Origin: an uncultured virus (IMG/VR IMGVR_UViG_3300032292_000851)
Taxonomy: Duplodnaviria > Heunggongvirae > Uroviricota > Caudoviricetes
DNA: 20,000 bases
IMG/VR virus record: IMGVR_UViG_3300032292_000851
Direction: 5' to 3' (one strand)
Shown here in pieces: positions 17,440 through 20,000 of this stretch; the stretch's first letter is position 1, and each line of letters starts with the position of its first letter. The notes under the pieces were generated by a model, which saw nothing but the letters and a program-made list of their open reading frames with translations, was not told where the DNA came from and ran no database searches. The position numbers and the translations under genes were made by a program.

Positions 17440-18966
17440 TTAAATTTCCGCCTCTAACTGCTTGATTTCGTCTAAAATCTTCTTTAGATCCTCTTTTTTA
17501 TCCATCATGACTTTCTTAGCTTTTTTTCTATCAGCATAAACATCTTCAAGCATATTTAAAGTAGGAGATATTCTTTTTTCAAATACAACACCATTGATAC
17601 AAAGAACGTGTTTATCAGGATCGATAGGTCTACCGTTAGTACACTTAGATTTATCTTTTTCATCTTGAAGACCAATAAATGTCTCAGGAGCAATAAAGAA
17701 TTGTCTTTGAGTTGTTGGATAAAGTGAGGCAAAGTCATAAGTAACACACCACTGATTCATACCAACCACAGGATCTTTTACCCAACCACCAGCAATTGTA
17801 GAATCAGCATCACCTCTTTCATCTCGGAAAAGTACAATGTTGTCCATCTTACGGAATCTATTTCTTAAAACGCCTTCTGTAATAGCCAAAGAACCTAGAG
17901 CATTATTCATTTGAGAAACAACATCGATGATTCTAATTTGAGCTAATGATGAAATCGCATAAATAATTGAGATATAGTTACGAGCTTCATGAATCTTTTG
18001 TACTAGAACACTATCGACCGCGTTATAGTACATAAATGTTTCAAAGTCATCTTCATAAAGTTTTTGTAATGAACCATTATATTTAATCTTTTCAACACCA
18101 ACTAATTTATTAGCAACAAAATCTAATGATGATGACTCTTTTACTTTAATAGAAGTATCACATATTTCATAAAGTTGCATGTAATCAAAAATCATTCGAT
18201 GAGCAGGTACTTCAAATTCAGTAGACCAAATCTTATTCATTCTTTTTGTCAAAGATGAAACAGCTGGATCAATTTTATATTCTTTACCATTTACCCATTT
18301 AGAAATCTTTCTAGAACGATTCACTAAATATAACCAGTCATACTGAAGAAAGTTCCATCCAGTTAGAATTGGCATCTTAGGAATCATCTTATAGAAGAAA
18401 GCATAAAGCATATCAAACTCATCATCATATTTAATGTATTTGAATTTATATTCAGTACCAAACTTCTCAAAGTATTTATTAGTGTTATTTGTAATTCTTT
18501 CTTGAACTTCTTCTGACATTTCTTTAAGACCTAAAAGAATGATTTTATCATCATATACAATTGAAATTGAAAGAACTTGAGTAGAAGCACCTTCTTTTGT
18601 TACATTACCATCTTGGTCTTTAACATCAGCCGCTTCCGGGAAACCATCAACGATTTCGGTTTCAATATCTATAAAATAAATCTTAGGAAGATTAAATTCA
18701 AATATTTCATTTTTTTCTGATTCGGGTAAACCATCCAAGAACTCATAGATAGCATATCTATCAGGGTGATTTACTTCTATTTGTTTTACAGATTTACCAT
18801 CCCATGATCTAAACTCAGGATGTTTTTGTACATCTGTATCTTCACAAGCAACATATTTCATTGGATCTTCCCAATTATAATATTTAAGCTTTATATCACC
18901 GGTTTTATCAACGTAACTAACTACTAATTTCTTGCTATTTGTTAAGTATTGTGTTTCAACTAACAT
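17440..18966 (-). CDS. polB: Family B DNA polymerase, N-terminal subunit only (3'-5' exonuclease plus motif A)
   Basis: ExoI DIETE, ExoII GWNFLQYD, ExoIII YNAVD, GGWV, DFASLYP; ends with TAA after the DRKKAKK helix, lacking motifs B and C. Confidence 0.92.
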   Translation of the reverse strand: MLVETQYLTNSKKLVVSYVDKTGDIKLKYYNWEDPMKYVACEDTDVQKHPEFRSWDGKSVKQIEVNHPDRYAIYEFLDGLPESEKNEIFEFNLPKIYFIDIETEIVDGFPEAADVKDQDGNVTKEGASTQVLSISIVYDDKIILLGLKEMSEEVQERITNNTNKYFEKFGTEYKFKYIKYDDEFDMLYAFFYKMIPKMPILTGWNFLQYDWLYLVNRSRKISKWVNGKEYKIDPAVSSLTKRMNKIWSTEFEVPAHRMIFDYMQLYEICDTSIKVKESSSLDFVANKLVGVEKIKYNGSLQKLYEDDFETFMYYNAVDSVLVQKIHEARNYISIIYAISSLAQIRIIDVVSQMNNALGSLAITEGVLRNRFRKMDNIVLFRDERGDADSTIAGGWVKDPVVGMNQWCVTYDFASLYPTTQRQFFIAPETFIGLQDEKDKSKCTNGRPIDPDKHVLCINGVVFEKRISPTLNMLEDVYADRKKAKKVMMDKKEDLKKILDEIKQLEAEI

Positions 18967-19024
18967 CTATTCTATTTATTTTTACATGAGTTATAGATAT
19001 TTTTTAGAAAAAAGTTATTTTATT

Positions 19025-19055
19025 TTTGGTATTTAGATAAAATAGCTTATCTTTG
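19025..19055 (+). promoter_or_regulatory. Bacteroidota housekeeping-sigma promoter (-33/-7)
   Basis: TTTG-N19-TATCTTTG, an exact consensus match 26 nt before ATG 19082. Confidence 0.75.
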
Positions 19056-19081
19056 TTAAACAATTAAAAAATCACTACAAC

Positions 19082-19312
19082 ATGAAAACATTATACTGTA
19101 AAAACTACAAAGCAATTCATCACACAGTTTCTTTAGCTATGTTTGTATTCGCTTTATACTTCTTAGGAGGTCAAAAACAAATCTTAACTAGTTTTCCATT
19201 TCAATTAGCTGTATTAGCTGGAAACTTTTTCTTAACTAAGTGGACTTTAAGAGTTAGTGGAATTGACGCTGAAGTTGAAAAAATCTTGGCAGAAAAAAAA
19301 GGAGATAATTAA
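19082..19312 (+). CDS. Small membrane protein with two hydrophobic segments, 76 aa
   Basis: Own promoter and terminator; two hydrophobic helices and a charged C-tail. Confidence 0.75.
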   Translation: MKTLYCKNYKAIHHTVSLAMFVFALYFLGGQKQILTSFPFQLAVLAGNFFLTKWTLRVSGIDAEVEKILAEKKGDN

Positions 19313-19327
19313 TATTATCTCCTTTTT
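19296..19327. terminator. Bidirectional intrinsic terminator overlapping the stop codon
   Basis: AAAAAGGAGATAAT-TAAT-ATTATCTCCTTTTT. Confidence 0.85.
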
Positions 19328-19348
19328 ATATATTATTTAATATTTTAA

Positions 19349-19891
19349 TTAGTCAGCATATTCCATTGCCATACTACCACCGATACCAAATACCATCACA
19401 GCGACCATACAGATAGCACCTAAAGTACCTAATGATAATCCAAATAATGTAAGTGGGAAACCAGAACCAGCGATTGCTATTTGAACAACAGTAACGATTA
19501 AAGTTACAAAAGAAATAGCACTAGCAGATAAACCTAACCAACCAATAATTTTCATAGCTAATCCTTCTTCTTCAAGAAGAAGTGATTCAGCCATTATTTC
19601 TTCTTCTGTAGAAGCTTCAGTATGAACAGGAATATTTTTCTCATCTTTAAGTGATTCAATTTTAGCTTTATCTTCTTGTGGTAAAGAAGCATAAGCAGAT
19701 TTTAAGTCAGCAAGAGCCTTAGCCATTTCTGGTTGGTCTTTCTTTTCTTCAATTGCCTTAGCTAGTTTTTCACCAGCATTTTTCAATTTTTCATTTTTCC
19801 AATTAGCGAATGCTGAACTAATTTTGTTCCAAAGTCCACCTAAGAACTCTTCGTTTGTTGAAAATGATTCATAAGTTTTTAAATATCTCAT
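19349..19891 (-). CDS. Hypothetical protein with C-terminal hydrophobic hairpin and capsid-targeting-like N-terminus
   Basis: MRYLKTYESFSTNEE start; two C-terminal hydrophobic segments; AATATATA at 19916-19923. Confidence 0.7.
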   Translation of the reverse strand: MRYLKTYESFSTNEEFLGGLWNKISSAFANWKNEKLKNAGEKLAKAIEEKKDQPEMAKALADLKSAYASLPQEDKAKIESLKDEKNIPVHTEASTEEEIMAESLLLEEEGLAMKIIGWLGLSASAISFVTLIVTVVQIAIAGSGFPLTLFGLSLGTLGAICMVAVMVFGIGGSMAMEYAD

Positions 19892-20000
19892 GTCTATTAG
19901 TTTATTTTTATAATGTATATATTATATTGAAAAACTCATTTTTTTTTACATTTTTAAATTTTTTTTAATAATCACAGTCAAAATAGTCTAAAGTCTCACC

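Noticed and set aside
17391..17442. Stop-codon recoding, frameshift or intron rescuing the polymerase
   Set aside because: The stop is TAA, other genes are intact in code 11, and the next gene begins 49 nt later with its own promoter motif and no polymerase motifs
306..17747. Other short overlapping ORFs (306, 1260, 3149, 10371, 11214, 13170, 17556)
   Set aside because: Nested in or antisense to well-supported genes, with no independent signals

Overview
AT-rich, densely coding segment of a large T4-like (probably jumbo) dsDNA phage using the standard genetic code. The host is probably Bacteroidota, based on a canonical TTTG-N19-TAnnTTTG promoter and A-rich start regions without Shine-Dalgarno sites. 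The window encodes class Ia NrdA with two unusual insertions, a gp41/DnaB helicase, a DinG/XPD-like helicase, an orphan beta-class DNA methyltransferase, only the N-terminal half of a family B DNA polymerase, a HAD phosphatase, a Ro60/TROVE protein, and six proteins with a T4 capsid-targeting-like N-terminus behind a shared AATATATA motif. The main result is the non-coding region upstream of ro60. It holds two tandem RNAs (68 and 280 nt) with the same covarying bulged-stem scaffold (Y-RNA-like), followed by an intrinsic terminator. A mutually exclusive antiterminator helix can form, which suggests a Ro60-sensing attenuator. All folds were paired by eye and all family calls come from motif recognition, not database searches.
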